Shown here: in pieces, positions 21,801 through 61,182 of the stretch | Layout of the letters: every line of letters begins with the position of its first letter | How positions within the stretch are numbered: the first letter of the stretch is position 1 | Source of the DNA: the human T2T-CHM13v2.0 reference genome, Homo sapiens | Length of the DNA: 64,000 nt | Reading direction: 5' to 3' (one strand) | NCBI RefSeq assembly: GCF_009914755.1 | Contig: NC_060938.1 | Notes under the pieces: generated by a model | The model's input: only the letters and a program-made list of their open reading frames with translations | The model's database searches: none | Told to the model about the DNA's origin: nothing | Position numbers and translations under genes: made by a program

Positions 21801-24164
21801 CACCTGTCACCACCCTGGCATTTTCACCCCAGGAGCCTCACTCTAGGAGCGGTTGCTCACGCTGGGCCCTGTGCCTGGAACGCCCTCGTGCCTTCTCTGC
21901 CTTCACAGCCCTGCTGGGGGCTTTTGCGTGCTCCCTAGCTCTTCTTACAGGCCTTTCACCGCTGGTTCAGCCTTTGTGGAGCACTTAGAGACCGTGTTCC
22001 CAGCACTCCCCACTATGTGCAGGAGGTGAAGCCTTGAACACACTTGCTGAAGAACGAACATAAGGCAGGTTCTGGGATTGACGGGGGCTGCTTTAGAGTG
22101 GGTGGTCCCGTAGGCCAGACACTGGAGCTGAAACATAAATGAATTAAAAGGAACCAACTTAGCTTTTCAGTTGTAAGGTGCCAAGGCCCAGGCTTGGAAC
22201 AAAGTCAAGCACAATACACTAGTTCGCTGCAGGACTTAACATCCTGGGTGATAGTGACTGATTTGTAACCGCAGTACCCAGCACAGTGCCTGATACACAA
22301 TGTTTGGAATATGTGAAAGCACTCTGTATACTACAAAACATCCTTTCCCAGTGGGTTTATTTCCTGGGCCACACACCTTTTGGTTGCTAGGGGGGTGATA
22401 ACTAGAAGACGGTCGCCCAACTCCGGAGGGTGTAGCATAGCGCCTGAAGCCAGAGGGCCTACACGGCATCTGTAAAATTCCACCCCATTTCAGCGCTGGG
22501 GTTGTAAACAAAATTAGTCTCACCCCAAAATTGCCAAAAGAAGACAGCTTTTTCCACTAGAAGAAACGGGTTAGGGAATAGAATCAGGAACCTTCACTCG
22601 TTGAGTTTTTTTGACTGATGTTAGCTGCTTAGGGTTGTATCCAGTTAATCATCAAGACTGGAGAGTTGTCTTGCTAAGGTTTAGGAAGACCAGTGTGATT
22701 CTGTCCAGATGCCACACTATCACTATCTAGAGGTGTGACCTTGGGTAAGTCAACCTTTTTGGACTTTGGTCTGGGTCAGAAGGCTGCAAGGTGCCATCTG
22801 GGGGCAGCTATCTGCAAAGCCTCTGCTCTGCGCCCGGCGCTGTGCGGGGCCGCTCAGTTTTCAGCAGTGTTTTTGTACCGGCATTTTGCAGGTGGGAAAC
22901 AAGCTCAGGGAGGTTGCGTGGCTTTGCCCAAGGTCCCTCAGGTGTGGCTGCTCTCCCTAGCCCCTGTACTCCTCACCATACCCTGCTGAATATGGCCACA
23001 GCTTTTTGGGTTTGGAATCCAAAAATGACATATTTTTCGTAAAGCAAAAGCAAACTTATTCGAGCTTAGGCAGCATGATGGGATTGTATTTTGTAGCTAA
23101 TCTAATGGAGACGATATAAATTCTACCTGCAATAATATACCTTTGCAGCACATTCTTTTAATACTCTTTCAGCCCCAGCTGTGTCATGGAGGCCACAAAG
23201 GCAAACCGGATGCGTACTTTGCCCCTCAGTAGTTTATGAACTAACAGGAGATGAAACAAGACCCAGATAACTTCTAGTCAAGGCCAGAAAGCTAAAGATA
23301 GTGAAAAAGAACTGAATGTATTTAGAGAAAGGGAGATTGTTCCTGGCTGAGGACATCAGAAGCAGCTTTGTTGAAGAAGTGGTATCTGAACTAGATTTGA
23401 AAGGGTGCGTCTGAGTTGAAAATGCAGAAGGGGAGAGGCAGGTTCTGGGGCGGTTGGGGGTGCATTTCAACAACCACAGCAGAAGGCCCAGTGTTCGCTG
23501 TGGGGGTGGTGTGGATCAGCAGCACAGACCAATGGACACACTTGGGTCAGATCGAGGCCCCTGTCTCTCCCCATCCTCCCTCTTCCCCACCCCACAGAAA
23601 TTTCCAGTTCCATCCAACATGCTGTGCCCCTTTTCATGCATCCGTGCATTTACACATGGATGTGTGCCCTTTTTCACCTGGCAAAAATTCCCAGCCTTCA
23701 AAATGCCCCTCAGAGATCACAGCTTCTGGGCAGCCCACCACCTCTGGGCTGTTCCTGCCTCTTGATTGCACCTGTTGTACCATGATGACATTTTTCCTGT
23801 CTGCCTCACCTGTCTGCATTCCTTAGGGAAGCTTGTCTGCCTTCAGAATCATCAGTGGAGCTTTTGAAAGGGCAGATCTTGGGGCCTCACCCCAGGAGAT
23901 CCGATTCAGCAGGTCTGCGGGGACTGAGGTATGGCAGGGGAAACCGCCCCCATCTCAAGGGTGAGGTTAGGACTTGGCTCCTGTGTATGTATTCCACCCA
24001 GAAATACTGAGTTAACATTAGCTGAATTAACTAAACAAAGTATCAAGCATAATACCCACAGGGTAAGCCAGTGAGGATAGAGGATAAATACATTATTAGT
24101 CTGGCTTTGCCGCTGTGGTTATCCTCAAACAGTAGGGTTTAGTGTATGTATGTATATGTATTAT

Positions 24165-24445
24165 GTTTTTGTTTTGGGGTTTTGTTGAGACAGGGTCTTT
24201 CTTTCTCACCCAGGCTGGACTGATCTCGGCTCACTACAGCCTCGAACTCCCAGGCTCAAATGATCCTCACACCTCAGCCTCCCGAGTAGCTGGGGCTACA
24301 TGTATGCACCATCATGCCTGGCTAATTTAAAAATGTTTTGTAGAGACAGGGTCCCGCTATGTTACCCAGGCTGGCCCTGAACTCCTGGCCTCAAGCAGTC
24401 CTCCCGCCTCAGCATCCCAAAGCACTGCGATTACAGGTGTGACTG
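24165..24445 (-). mobile_element. AluJ-like
   Basis: Alu consensus, diverged. Confidence 0.85.
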
Positions 24446-24756
24446 GCAGTAAAATGAAAGAGATGGGGTTCTTGAAGGATATGCGCAGTCAATCTCGTTG
24501 TCATTTGTTTCACAAGTAGCCCAGGAGTCGGGGACTCCCAGGGCTATGGTGCCACCTCTCTACAATTCTTCATACAAAGTGTTGGCTGACCTCTGCTATT
24601 TGTACTAGTATAACAGACAGACGAGAGACACACTCCAGCTTGATCTCAGTGAGGATCTTTATTCTGTCCTGTGTGACATTTTTGTTGATGCTCCACTGTT
24701 TGAGGGTCACACCAGAAGGTTGAGTCCAAAGAGGGCCAGTTGGTCGTCCCAAATAA

Positions 24757-24935
24757 GTGATTCTCAACCGAGGGCAGTTTTGCCCCACAGGGGGCACTTG
24801 GCAATGTCTTCATTGTCAGGACTCGGGATCACTACTGGCATCTAGTGGGTAGAGGCAGAGATGCTGCTGGCCATCCTCCAGCCACCCATGTCAAAGGATT
24901 ATGTTCTGAAATGTTGGTTGGGAAATCGTGCTCTG
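24757..24935 (+). mobile_element. MER20 hAT element
   Basis: agtgattctcaacc..gggcagttttgcccc..ttggcaatgtct..actggcatctagtgggtagaggc. Confidence 0.8.
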
Positions 24936-25856
24936 GATGATGAGGTTTGCCTCTTTTTCTCCCTGGAGGAAAGTGCTCATTATTTCTGCTCTGTGAGGGC
25001 GGGAGCCTTGTTTCTTTTGCTTCCCCGTCCTTCTCCCCTAAGCTGTAAGACAGCTGTTTCCCTGACACCTGTAACAGTGTTTCTGGCACGCGGTCAGTGC
25101 TCAATAAATATTTGTGGGGTGTTATTGAAGGTAGTTCTCCCCTTTGGTAGGTGTTTTGCTATTATAGACAGTGCTGCCCTGAACTTCGTAGAACAGAACA
25201 TCTTTGTGGCCACCTGCGTGTTTTTTTTATAGAATCCAGGAAATGGAATTACTGGGTCAAAAAGCACATGTATTTGAAATTTTGTTAGATATATTTGTAA
25301 AAAGTTATTGAAGATACTCAGCCCTACGCCTAGGTACATGCCCCTGGAGAAAGTCACACATGTATACACATACATCGTGAAGATTCAGAGCAGAACTTAG
25401 GAACAGAAGGTTGGAAACCACCTGTCCATCAATAGGAGACTGGTGTACTCATACTGCAGAGAAAATGAACCCGTGACACCTACCCATGTTAATGTGGATA
25501 AAATTCACGAAGCAAAATGAAGTAAAGAAACCCAGAAAAGCCCTTTCAAGTTGCAGGAGATGATATCATTTATATAAAGTTTAAAAACATTTCAGAACTG
25601 AACTATATATTTTTAGAAATATCTGCATATGCCACATAAATTTTTAAAATCATAAGAATGCTAAACAGCACATTCAGGACAGGGTGAAGAAACAGGCATG
25701 CAGGTTGTGCAGTAGGAAGCTGGGTAACATTGTTCCTTATGGCTTTGTTGTCGCTTCCAGAATTTCATTAAAAACTTTTTAAAAAACATGGGCCCACATT
25801 ATGAATTACGTCTGCTTTTAGAGTACTAAAAACTCCAAGCAAAAACACATGGGTAA

Positions 25857-27388
<1,532 letters not shown>

Positions 27389-27536
27389 TATATCACTGTG
27401 GTCTCTGGTCAGAAAGGTCTGGAAAATACCACCTTAGTACAAACACATTACATCAACTTTTATATGTAAGATGTAATTTAGAAAAAATGTCAATAATGGT
27501 TTTATGACGAGACTGAAATTGCAGACATGTTCATAA

Positions 27537-29210
<1,674 letters not shown>

Positions 29211-29665
29211 GTCCCAGTTCCTGCCCCTGCCTGCTCATCATCCTTACATTGACCCTTATGGTGTCTGATCTGATGGGGATTCAGGCGAAGGCTGTAGCGG
29301 GACCAGAATCACTCTAGTGGAGGATCTGAGACCCCCACGTTGTCTGCACTGCTGCCAAACAGGCCAGGAAATGTGTGTCTTCTGTGTGCTAGGATGATTT
29401 AGTGAGCACATCTCATGGGAATGCATCCGTCAGCTCTAGGTTTGGTCAGTAAAACCAATGGCAGTGCGCTCTTGGCTGATGTTGCCATTACAGAGGGTGT
29501 TGAGAAAAGGAGTCCCTGGGGGTGCTTCTGGAGTGTCAACAGCTCCTGGCTGCTTAGCGTGTCCTCTCCCCCTTCTGCTGCTTCTGCAACTCCTGATAAA
29601 GTAGGTGTGAGTCGCTATGAATTTGCATTATCACATCAAAAAATTTTTTTCTAAAATATTTTATT

Positions 29666-33147
<3,482 letters not shown>

Positions 33148-33219
33148 ACTAAAAGGTTTTTATGGGGTATATAAAGCATGATTGTTTTATTTTACTTTTG
33201 GGTGTGCAACACTGTCTAG

Positions 33220-33456
<237 letters not shown>

Positions 33457-33740
33457 TAAACCCTGTGCTTGAAACCCGTGTCTTTAGCATGGATGTGGCA
33501 ATCACTATCAGTTTCTGAATCACCTAAGCAGTTCACCTGAAATGTCATTGCATTAAGTGTGTGATGATGCCAAGGACAGTAATATCTGAACTAATTCGTA
33601 CTCTTACCTGTTTAAAGTGACTGTACAGCCTTTGGTGCAGCTCCAAAAGCTGCTTGACTTGATAAGTTTTGGAATAATTATAACCTGTGTTTATATGGAA
33701 GCAGTTTAGAAAACAACGGAAGTGGTTTTCAAAACCATTC

Positions 33741-35160
<1,420 letters not shown>

Positions 35161-36151
35161 TTCTAAGCACTGATCTTGTGATCTCCCTGGACCTCAGAAG
35201 ACTTCCTGTTTCTAGGACTTCCTCAGCTTCCCTCTCACTTTATTGCTTCCCTGGGGATCTCACCGTCCTCCTGGTTTCCCAGGCCTTCTTCCCTCTACAG
35301 ACTCCCACGCTTCCCGTTCAGACCTCTCTCTGGTGCCTCAGATCTCTTCATTGAAACATCTCCACCTGGCTGTCCTGTGAACCCCTCTGCCTTTCATGTC
35401 TGAGCAGAGCCCACAAGCTGGCTTTCTGTCCACCCCTGCATTGTCAGGGGCCGTTTCGCCTACCCCAGGCTCAAGCTGGGAACCCAGAGCCATTCTTGAC
35501 TTTCTCCTTCACTCACTCCTCCCCATGTCCTGTGGTCGCTAAGCCTGGAGGGCTATGCTCTCCCCTCATCTCCCTCCCCTGCCACCCACATCCCTCTCCT
35601 TACCTGAGTCCTCATCTTTTCCTGACTGTACTGTGGGGGTAGTCTTGACTGCCTGCCAGGCTTCCAGCCCTGCCCCATCCTCTGCACCACCACCCAAGGC
35701 ACCTTCCTAAAACCTCCCTCCACAGCTGCCTGGAGAAGGAAATCCAAACCTTGGCCCCTCTCAGCCTGGGCCTGGGTTGCCTTTCAGCCCTTCTGGCCTG
35801 CCCGTCTCCAGGCGCCGCCTCCAGCTGTGCCACCCCCTCACCTGAGTATGCGGCGCAGCCTGGGTGAGTCCTGGAGGGCAGGACACACATCTCCTTATCA
35901 CCGTGTCCTTATTCCAGGGCCTTGCCCAGGACAGTGCCCAGAGCTTGTCATGGGGGACCCAGAATGGATCATAGTACTTCATTAAGGAGCAAACAGGTGA
36001 AATAGTTAATAAAGCAGAATGTTTAGAGTTACTTGGTCACTGAAATTTTTGGAGAACTTTCTGTTTTTTATGTTGTATATTGCACCAACTTGTTGGCTAT
36101 TGGGAAATTCTTACGGGACATTCAAAGGCATGAAATGCTTTCCCTTGGTAG

Positions 36152-40163
<4,012 letters not shown>

Positions 40164-40383
40164 GATTGGTCTCCTCCTCTAAATTGTGCTCACATAGAAC
40201 CTTCTAGTTTTTATAATCCATTTTTATCATCAGCTAGTCCATCTAACATTATATTGATCTTCATCTTTCTCATTGTTGAGATGGCATCTCACAGTAGGTG
40301 AGGAACTTTGTAGATTTAATTCTATGAAGTCGTTTAATTCTTGCATGTGAATGTGCTTCTGGGGGTGTGTGCTGTTTGGGTGA

Positions 40384-40916
<533 letters not shown>

Positions 40917-41060
40917 TGACCTGTGCTGGATTTAAGGGGACCCTCTGGTTTCTCAAGTTTCATTCCAGCCTCCCAGTGTTCTGTCATTCCAGATTCATTC
41001 CCTGCGAGTCTTGAGGTCTTCAGGGTTTTCTAGAGTGCCTTGTTAAAATGGAGAGCCACA

Positions 41061-42764
<1,704 letters not shown>

Positions 42765-42867
42765 TTAAAATTGCTACCAATCCCAAGGAGCAAGGAGCAT
42801 CGATGCTTTGACTTTTCTGCAGGGCAGGTGACTTGGCCTAGCTGGTTTTGGGTGGTGAGTGCAGTGA

Positions 42868-43776
<909 letters not shown>

Positions 43777-44187
43777 AAGGAGTTCCTCTAGAAGCTGTGG
43801 AGTCGGTCGTCACCGTGGAGCCAGAGCCCTCACAGTGAAGTGGAGTCAGATCCTAGATTCGTCTGATTTTATCCAGAGAAGGTCTATGGCAAGCAATGTA
43901 TATTTTTCTAATGTGAATATTGCACAGATGAACCTTTTATTTATAAAGAATAATGTCTTTCTGCCCTGCTGTCTACATTTTTCTATGGAGCTTGTCATAA
44001 TAATAGCAGATATTACCTGATCAGGAATCCCTGTGGCGCGTCTGACGCTCATGAGTTTTTCATGATGGTGATGAGTAGCACTGCACTGTCACCTGATGAT
44101 TGGCCCTGCTCCGTTTCCCTTCTCTCCTGGGAGATATGCTGCTTTTCCACCAGACTTGCTCCATACTAGAAGCTTCTTTTGGGTTCA

Positions 44188-44193
44188 ATTAAA
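44188..44193 (+). terminator. ZNF839: probable ZNF839 polyadenylation signal ATTAAA
   Basis: first PAS-type hexamer ~410 nt after the stop, before the Alu block. Confidence 0.6.
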
Positions 44194-44269
44194 AAGAAAA
44201 TAAGCTAGTCATTCTGGGCAGCATTTTATTGATAGAAGGGGGAAAAAGTCATTTCTACTTGCATGATTT

Positions 44270-49770
<5,501 letters not shown>

Positions 49771-49897
49771 TCAACAATCAGATAGGCATAAAGTAAAAAT
49801 ATTAAACCAGGGATTTTCTACACAAACATAATGTATAAAGCATGCCTAATTTATAGAAACTAGATCACTCACTCATTCTGCTCAGAAACTCATTGAT

Positions 49898-49903
49898 TTT
49901 ACT
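49898..49903 (-). terminator. CINP: probable CINP variant polyadenylation signal AGTAAA
   Basis: tttact on + strand ~250 nt downstream of the stop; no AATAAA seen nearer. Confidence 0.5.
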
Positions 49904-50150
49904 CTGAAGCACCCACGAATGACAGATTCCCAGGAGGGGCAGAGAAGGCTGAGCGGCACCACGTGGGGCTGGCCGCGGGTTGTGGGCATGAGCACGCCTG
50001 GAGAGGCCATGGGGCTGGTGACAAGCTCTGGCCAGAAGACCCCAAGGTCTGATCCTGGGGTCTGATCCAGGCCTGCGGCACTGGGTCCTAGGCAGACTGT
50101 CTGCCTGGTGAGACGTGGAAGGAGCCAGTGTCCGCAGCCGTCTCAGGACG

Positions 50151-50353
50151 TCAGAGAGCTCGGTGGCCTGTCTCCAGCAGCATGCTCTCCAGATGCAGCC
50201 TGCTGTCGCTCTCCACATAGGGCTGGTGCAGCCACATGGACAGGTAGCTCAGGGTGAGGTCGGGATCCCCGGTGTGGGCAAGCTCCTTGGCCACCGTGCG
50301 CTTCAGGAGCAGCTCCTTCCTGTACATCTCCAAGAGCTTATGCGAAACCTCAT
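50151..50353 (-). CDS. CINP: CINP last coding exon (YEVSHKLLEMYRK..TGHRAL*)
   Basis: ctttcag| acceptor, phase 1; TGA at 50153-50151; matches recalled CDK2-interacting protein C-terminus. Confidence 0.95.
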
Positions 50354-50538
50354 CTGAAAGAAACGTGAATCTCCCTTAATGGCAGTGATTCAAGAACATA
50401 GTGTCGACTTGGGAAGAACTACATTTTAACAGCTCTTGATTAAAAACCAGAATCAGCAACAGCACTGAGGGGAAGAAGGGCCCGATGGAGTTTACTACTC
50501 TAGCTGGTGCAGATTAGTACAATTTGATAACATGGTCA

Positions 50539-50870
<332 letters not shown>

Positions 50871-51512
50871 CTACTTGACTCTTAGGTGACCTACAGTGAT
50901 TATCAGTAGGAGATTCCCCTCAAACTGACAATATTTCACTAAACACATTCCACTAGGTGATTTTACCCTTTCCTGCCTTATTTAAAAAGTCTCAGGTCAA
51001 CATCAAATAGCTTACCCTTGTCTTGAACTAATAAAAGCTAAAAGTAACCCTTTAAGAAGCGCCTCATAGAGTTTACTGAAGCCATGGGTTTCATTTTTCC
51101 CAGTCATCTTCCATGAGGTTGGCTGCAGTGACCCTCAATTTGTTTTTTAATTAAAACAAAAAACAAAAGAAAAACCTCAACAAACCAAAAAAACTCCTTT
51201 CTTCCTTTCCCCCCCTCAAAATGAGAGATATCTGCTTCCACAGAGGAGGTGGAATTCACTCTGCCCATTGGTTTTAGAGGCCTAATAACAGCAGCTTGCT
51301 TCACGGGTCTCTATGTTTCATATACTCTGCTGATAACCAGGTAATTAAAGCCAAGAAGAAATGTTTAAGATGCCTCTGTCTCCTTTCCTCCCGATACTTT
51401 TGCATTGAATTTGAAAGCCTTGTCAGCTTCTTAAAGTACCAGATGTAAACGATACTAAATGCCCTTAATAACCTTTACCCTCCTGAAAATCAACTGAGAA
51501 GGAACTACTTAC

Positions 51513-51642
51513 AGAAATGGGTTGTAGGCCACGTGTGGAACAGAGGGGGTCGTTTACTCTCCTCCCCATAATGGTAGTTTTCTAGTTCACAAATTCCCTT
51601 GGTAGTTGAAGACAGCTTTTCCATTTTCACCTGTATTTTGGT
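51513..51642 (-). CDS. CINP: CINP exon 4 (TKIQVKMEK..WPTTHF), 130 nt
   Basis: ctttcag| acceptor, T|gtaagt donor, phase 0-1. Confidence 0.95.
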
Positions 51643-52285
51643 CTGAAAGATATCCATTTGGAATATGATAATATTATTTGAAATCTCCAGTCTCAGATTT
51701 AATAACTCTAAGATTTCAAAGCTAAGAAGTGTAAGTCTATTATGATAAAAATTCCAATAACTAAACACTGTTAACTCTACGTACAGCAAATTCCCAGGGA
51801 GATGAAGGTGGACAGTTGCTATGATTTCATTAATTTGAATGACTTTGGTAATAAACCCCAGATTTCCAGTCCTAGAGCAAGAAAGGTTTCCGAGTGCCAT
51901 TTCACTAGGATTTCCAAACAGCATTAATGTCTTAGACCCAAAGACCTGGAGGAATCCCAAGGCAGGCTCTTGCTGCCTTTTTTTTTTTTTCTTTTTTTTT
52001 TTGCGACAGGGTCTCATTCTGTGTGGCATGATCATGCCTTATGCAGCCTCAACCGCTGGCACCTCAGCCTCCCAAGTAGCTGGGATCACAGGTGTGCACC
52101 ACCACACCCAGCTAATTTTTTTTAATTTGTGGAGACAGGGTCTCGTTATGTTGCCCAGGCTGGTCTCTAACTCCTGGGCTCCAGCAATCCTCCCGCCTCA
52201 GCCTCCCAAAGTGCTGGGATTATACAGGCATGCGCCACCGCGCCTGGCTGGCTCTTGCTGCTTTTAAGAAGTGAGAGAGAAAGGC

Positions 52286-52402
52286 ATCAAATGAGCTCGT
52301 TTCTGATGCTCTCTCTCTCTCTCTTTTATCAAATGAGCTCGTTTCTGAGGCTCTCTGTCTCTCTATCAAATGAGCTCGTTTCTGATGTTCTCTCTCTCTC
52401 TC
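52286..52402 (+). repeat. three-copy ~37-42 bp tandem repeat
   Basis: ATCAAATGAGCTCGTTTCTGA + (CT)n at 52286, 52328, 52365. Confidence 0.92.
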
Positions 52403-53427
52403 TTTTTTTTTTTTTTTTTTGAGACGGAGTCTTGCTCTGTTGCCAAGCTGGAGTGCAGTGCCAGGCTGGAGTGCAGTGGCGAGATCTCGGTTCACTACAA
52501 CCTCTGATTCCCTGGTTCAAGCGATTCTCCTGCCTCAGCCTCCCAAGTAGCTGGGATTGCAGGCATGTGCCACCACGCCCAGCTAATTTGTGTATTTTTA
52601 GTAGAGACGGGGTTTCACCATGTTGGCCAGGCTGGTCTTGATCTCCTGAACTCGTGATCCGCCCACCTCGGCCGCCCAAAGTGCTGGGATTCTAGGCATG
52701 AGACACCGCACCAGGCCTGACTCTCTCTTATTAACTGCCTTTATTTACGGAAACCTCCTTGACTTCCTTGTTTATAAAATGGCAACACAGAAAGGGAGCC
52801 CTACACACTTCACGCAGAAAGGAAGGAAACGTGGCAAGCTGCCATTGACGGTCCCTCAGTGTGGACCAGGCTCTGTCCTAAGCCCTGTAACTGCATGATG
52901 TGTATGGCTACTTGTGGGAGACACTAAACCAACCCCACTGCACACACCAGGCAGCACAGAATAGGGGCAATGGCGGGCTTACTTTCACAGCTTGGTGAAG
53001 AGGATTAAGTGAGTTAGTATTTGTGAAGCACCTACTTGGAGATATATAAGGGTTGGATAAAGAAAATTAATGGGTGAAGTAACTAGGATTTCAGATTTAA
53101 GTAGCATAGGTCTATAAAGACCAAATTTTGAACTCCTAAGTATAGTTGACTTTACATACATAAATATGAAAAAGGGGAAATAAGAAAAGATATATAAATT
53201 GTCAAATATCTTAATTCCTTTACTTGGTCCTTCCAACCACCCTCCAATTACATTGGAAGTGGCAAGCACTAAATTCAGCTAACGTTAATTTTTAAAGGAC
53301 TTTACTTAAGTAGTTTCCCAAATCTTTTAAGGTTTGATATTTTATTTGGCCCAACCCCAAGAGGCAGGACTTGTCATTTCCGTTTCACAGCTGGGAAATT
53401 GCTTAAGGTTGAGCTGAGGAAGGATGA

Positions 53428-53716
<289 letters not shown>

Positions 53717-54555
53717 TGATCCGCCCACCTCAGCCTCCCAAAGTGTTGGGATTCCAGGCGTGAGCCACCGCGCCCAGCCGACACCAAGTTTTAACACCCA
53801 ATCCTCTGCTCTTTCCTGTGAGTCCTGCAGCAGCTCCCTGGTGCCACCTGATTCTAAGAAAAGCTGATAACAGGAGACTAAGGAAAATTCTGGAGCCTTG
53901 ACCCCAGGCAAGAAGTCATGCTCAATCCTGCAGCTCAGCCATCAATAAAGAATTCAAGTCACATAGGCACGTGCAGCCCTGAATGAACAGTGCATAAACA
54001 GCAGGCCCTTACATTTCAACATCGGTGGCTTCTTCCCACAGCAAACACAGACCACAGTGAAATGTTAGCCCAGCTTAGGAAGAACGGTGCATGAAACCCC
54101 CAGAAGGTCAAAGTTATGAAAGACACAGACCAGGTCTGGAAACCATTCTCTATAACGGATAGAGGAAAATAGGAAAAATAATAATACCCTATAAAATCAA
54201 CTTTTGGTTTTGAACATAGAATGAGAACTTATTCCCAAACCACTTTTCTTTTTCTTTTTTTCTTTTTTTTGACACGGAGTCTCACTCTGTGGCCCAGACT
54301 GGAGTGCAGTGGCTTGATCTCGGCTAACTGCAACCTCCGAAAGTGATTCTCCCGCCTCAGCCTCCCAAGTAGCTGGGATTGCAGGCACCTGCCACCACCC
54401 CCAGCTAATTTTTTGTATTTTTAGTAGAGATGGGGTTTCACTATGTTGGCCATGCTGGTCTCAAACTCTTGACCTCAGGTGATCCACCTGCCTCGGCCTC
54501 CTAGAGTGCTGGGATTACAGGCATGAGCCACTGCGCCTGGCCAAAACAAAAATTA

Positions 54556-54729
<174 letters not shown>

Positions 54730-55880
54730 TCAAAAAAAAAAAAAATTAACAAATGGGAGGGAGGGAACAAATCTCCCACGCAGAATAATTCCAAATAATT
54801 TATGTAGATACTGCACCCTCAAGCAGGTGGTGAATACGTCCCTACCCCCAGGTGTGGGCTATGCATAGTGACTTCCTGCCAAAGAGCACAGCGTGGGAGG
54901 AGGAGAAAGAGCAACGTCACAGCAGAGGAACCTGGAAACACTGCCCAGCCAGGTGATCAAGGTCAACTTCAGCAGTGGAAAGTCCTGGCTGTGCACAGTG
55001 GCTCACGCCTGGAATCCCAGCACTTTGGGAGGCTGAGGTGGGAGCACTGCTTGAGCCCAGGAGTTTGAGACCAGCCCGGGCAATAGGTGGGACCCAAAGA
55101 AAAGTCCTGATGACAGTATATCCAGTACGTGCCCTTGATATGACATGATAGAAATGGCACTTTACTTCTGTGGTCCTCCTCTGAACAAAACCCGTAACCT
55201 CAGTCTAATTAGGAGAAAAACATCAGATAAATCTCATGATGTTCTACAAAATACCTGACCAGTATCCCTCAACATTGTCAAAGTCATCAAAAACAGGGAA
55301 GTCTGAGAAACTGTCACGGCCAAAAGGAGCCTGAGGAAACAAGGGGACTCGATGTCATACAGGATCCTGAAGCCAAAACAAGACATGACGGAAAAGCTAA
55401 GGCAGGGCGCCAGGGCTCACACCTGTGATCCCAGCACTTTGGGAGGCCAAGGTGGGAAGATCACTTCATGTCAGGAGTTCGAGACCAGCCTGGCCAACAT
55501 GAGAACCCCGTCTGTACAAACGAATTTTAAAAATTAGCCGGGCATGATGGTTCATGCTTGTAGTCCCAGCTACTCGGGAGGCTGAGGCAAGAAGATCACT
55601 TAAGCCCAGGAAGTAAAGGCTGCAGTGAGCTGTGATCATACTACTGCATTCCACAGCGAGACCTTGTCTCCAAACAAACAAAAAGGTGAAAATATAAAGA
55701 TCTTAAATGTTTATGGGTAAGCTTCAGTTATCCAAGTTCAAATATGTGTAAAACCTGATTTCCTGTGCCTAGCAAAGAAATAAGGTGGTGTTATCTTCAC
55801 ATCTGGTGGCCAGTATGGTAGGTATTGAAATTTAGTTATTAGTTCATTAAACAAACACTTTAGTCTCTTACGTGCTGTAT

Positions 55881-57350
<1,470 letters not shown>

Positions 57351-57361
57351 TTATGTCTTAC

Positions 57362-57491
57362 CAACCCATCCAAGGTGGCCTGCAGTTCCTCACACAGCTT
57401 CTCCAGTTCCTCGTTATATTCCAGACACACCTTTTCTTCATTTTCCTTCGAGGCTGGGCTGCTGCTGTCTAGTTCTATCTTGTCTTTATTC
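57362..57491 (-). CDS. CINP: CINP exon 3 (NKDKIELDS..TLDGL), 130 nt
   Basis: ttgtttag| acceptor, TTG|gtaaga donor, phase 2-0. Confidence 0.95.
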
Positions 57492-58127
57492 CTAAACAAA
57501 ATAGAAAATAATGTGTACAAAATATACTCTTTAAGCTTGCCTTATTTCCTTATAATAAATTCTACAAACCTCTATATCCACATAGTTACGTGGGACATTT
57601 TGCATAAGCATTGTTCTTTCATATCATTATGATACAAATGCAGTTATTATTTATATGTGCAATGAATATGTCCATTGGTCACTCAATTTTGCACCAAAAT
57701 AAGTCAGTTAAATTCAGCCATGTGACAGCCGGTTTTGGTGGCTCATGCCTGTAATCCCAACACTTTGAGGGATGGACGCGGGAGGACTGCTTGAGTCCAG
57801 GAGTCTGAGTCCAGCCTGGGCAACACAGTGAGACCTCATCTCCACAAAAATTAAAAGTAAAAATTAGCTGGGCATGGTGGGACACGTATGTGGTCCCAGC
57901 TACTTAGGAGGCTCAGGTGGGAGGATCACTTAAGCCCAGGAAGTCAAGGCTGCAGTGAGCCATTATAGCACCACTGCACTCAGCCTGCACAAAAGAGCAA
58001 GACTGTCTCAAAAAAAAAAAAAACACCATTCAGCGGTGTGGCATCCTTGGCATAGGGCATGGTACTGGATGTACAAAGATGAATAAGACATGGATCATTT
58101 CCTCAAAGAGTTCACAATCCAGGAATA

Positions 58128-59920
<1,793 letters not shown>

Positions 59921-59993
59921 TGAGAAAGAACAGAACCAGAATAGTGGCTCTACATTACACGCATGGCTTCCATGTTGAAAGACAGTGAGACAT

Positions 59994-60865
<872 letters not shown>

Positions 60866-61013
60866 TTAAAATGTACAATACAATTTATACTTACACGTAT
60901 CATCTTACCACTTGCTTTTTTTGCTTAATATTTTATTTTAAAATTTATTCACATTATTTCCCCAGTTATTAAGGGTGAAAAACTTAGAGCATGAAAAACC
61001 AATATGTACTTAC

Positions 61014-61182
61014 AATAAACTGATTTTCAAGTTGGCAATATTATTTGCAGTGGTAAAACCTGCATCATTGAGGGTTTCCCACTTCAGGATTAAATTGTGC
61101 CAATCAGCCGCATTGTCCTTAATTTTTCTTGCACTGACAGATAAGACAGGTTTTCTGGGCGTTACAGTTCCAAGAGTCTTTG
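61014..61182 (-). CDS. CINP: CINP exon 2 (AKTLGTVTPRKPVLSVSARKIKDNAADWHNL..ISLL), 169 nt; absent from the ORF track
   Basis: cctatcag| acceptor, TT|gtaagt donor, phase 1-2; with a 7-nt exon 1 outside the window the CDS is 212 aa. Confidence 0.93.

Noticed and set aside
51643-52035. N-terminal extension of the 176-aa ORF containing CINP exon 4
   Set aside because: Intronic read-through starting in an Alu; the acceptor at 51642 defines the exon
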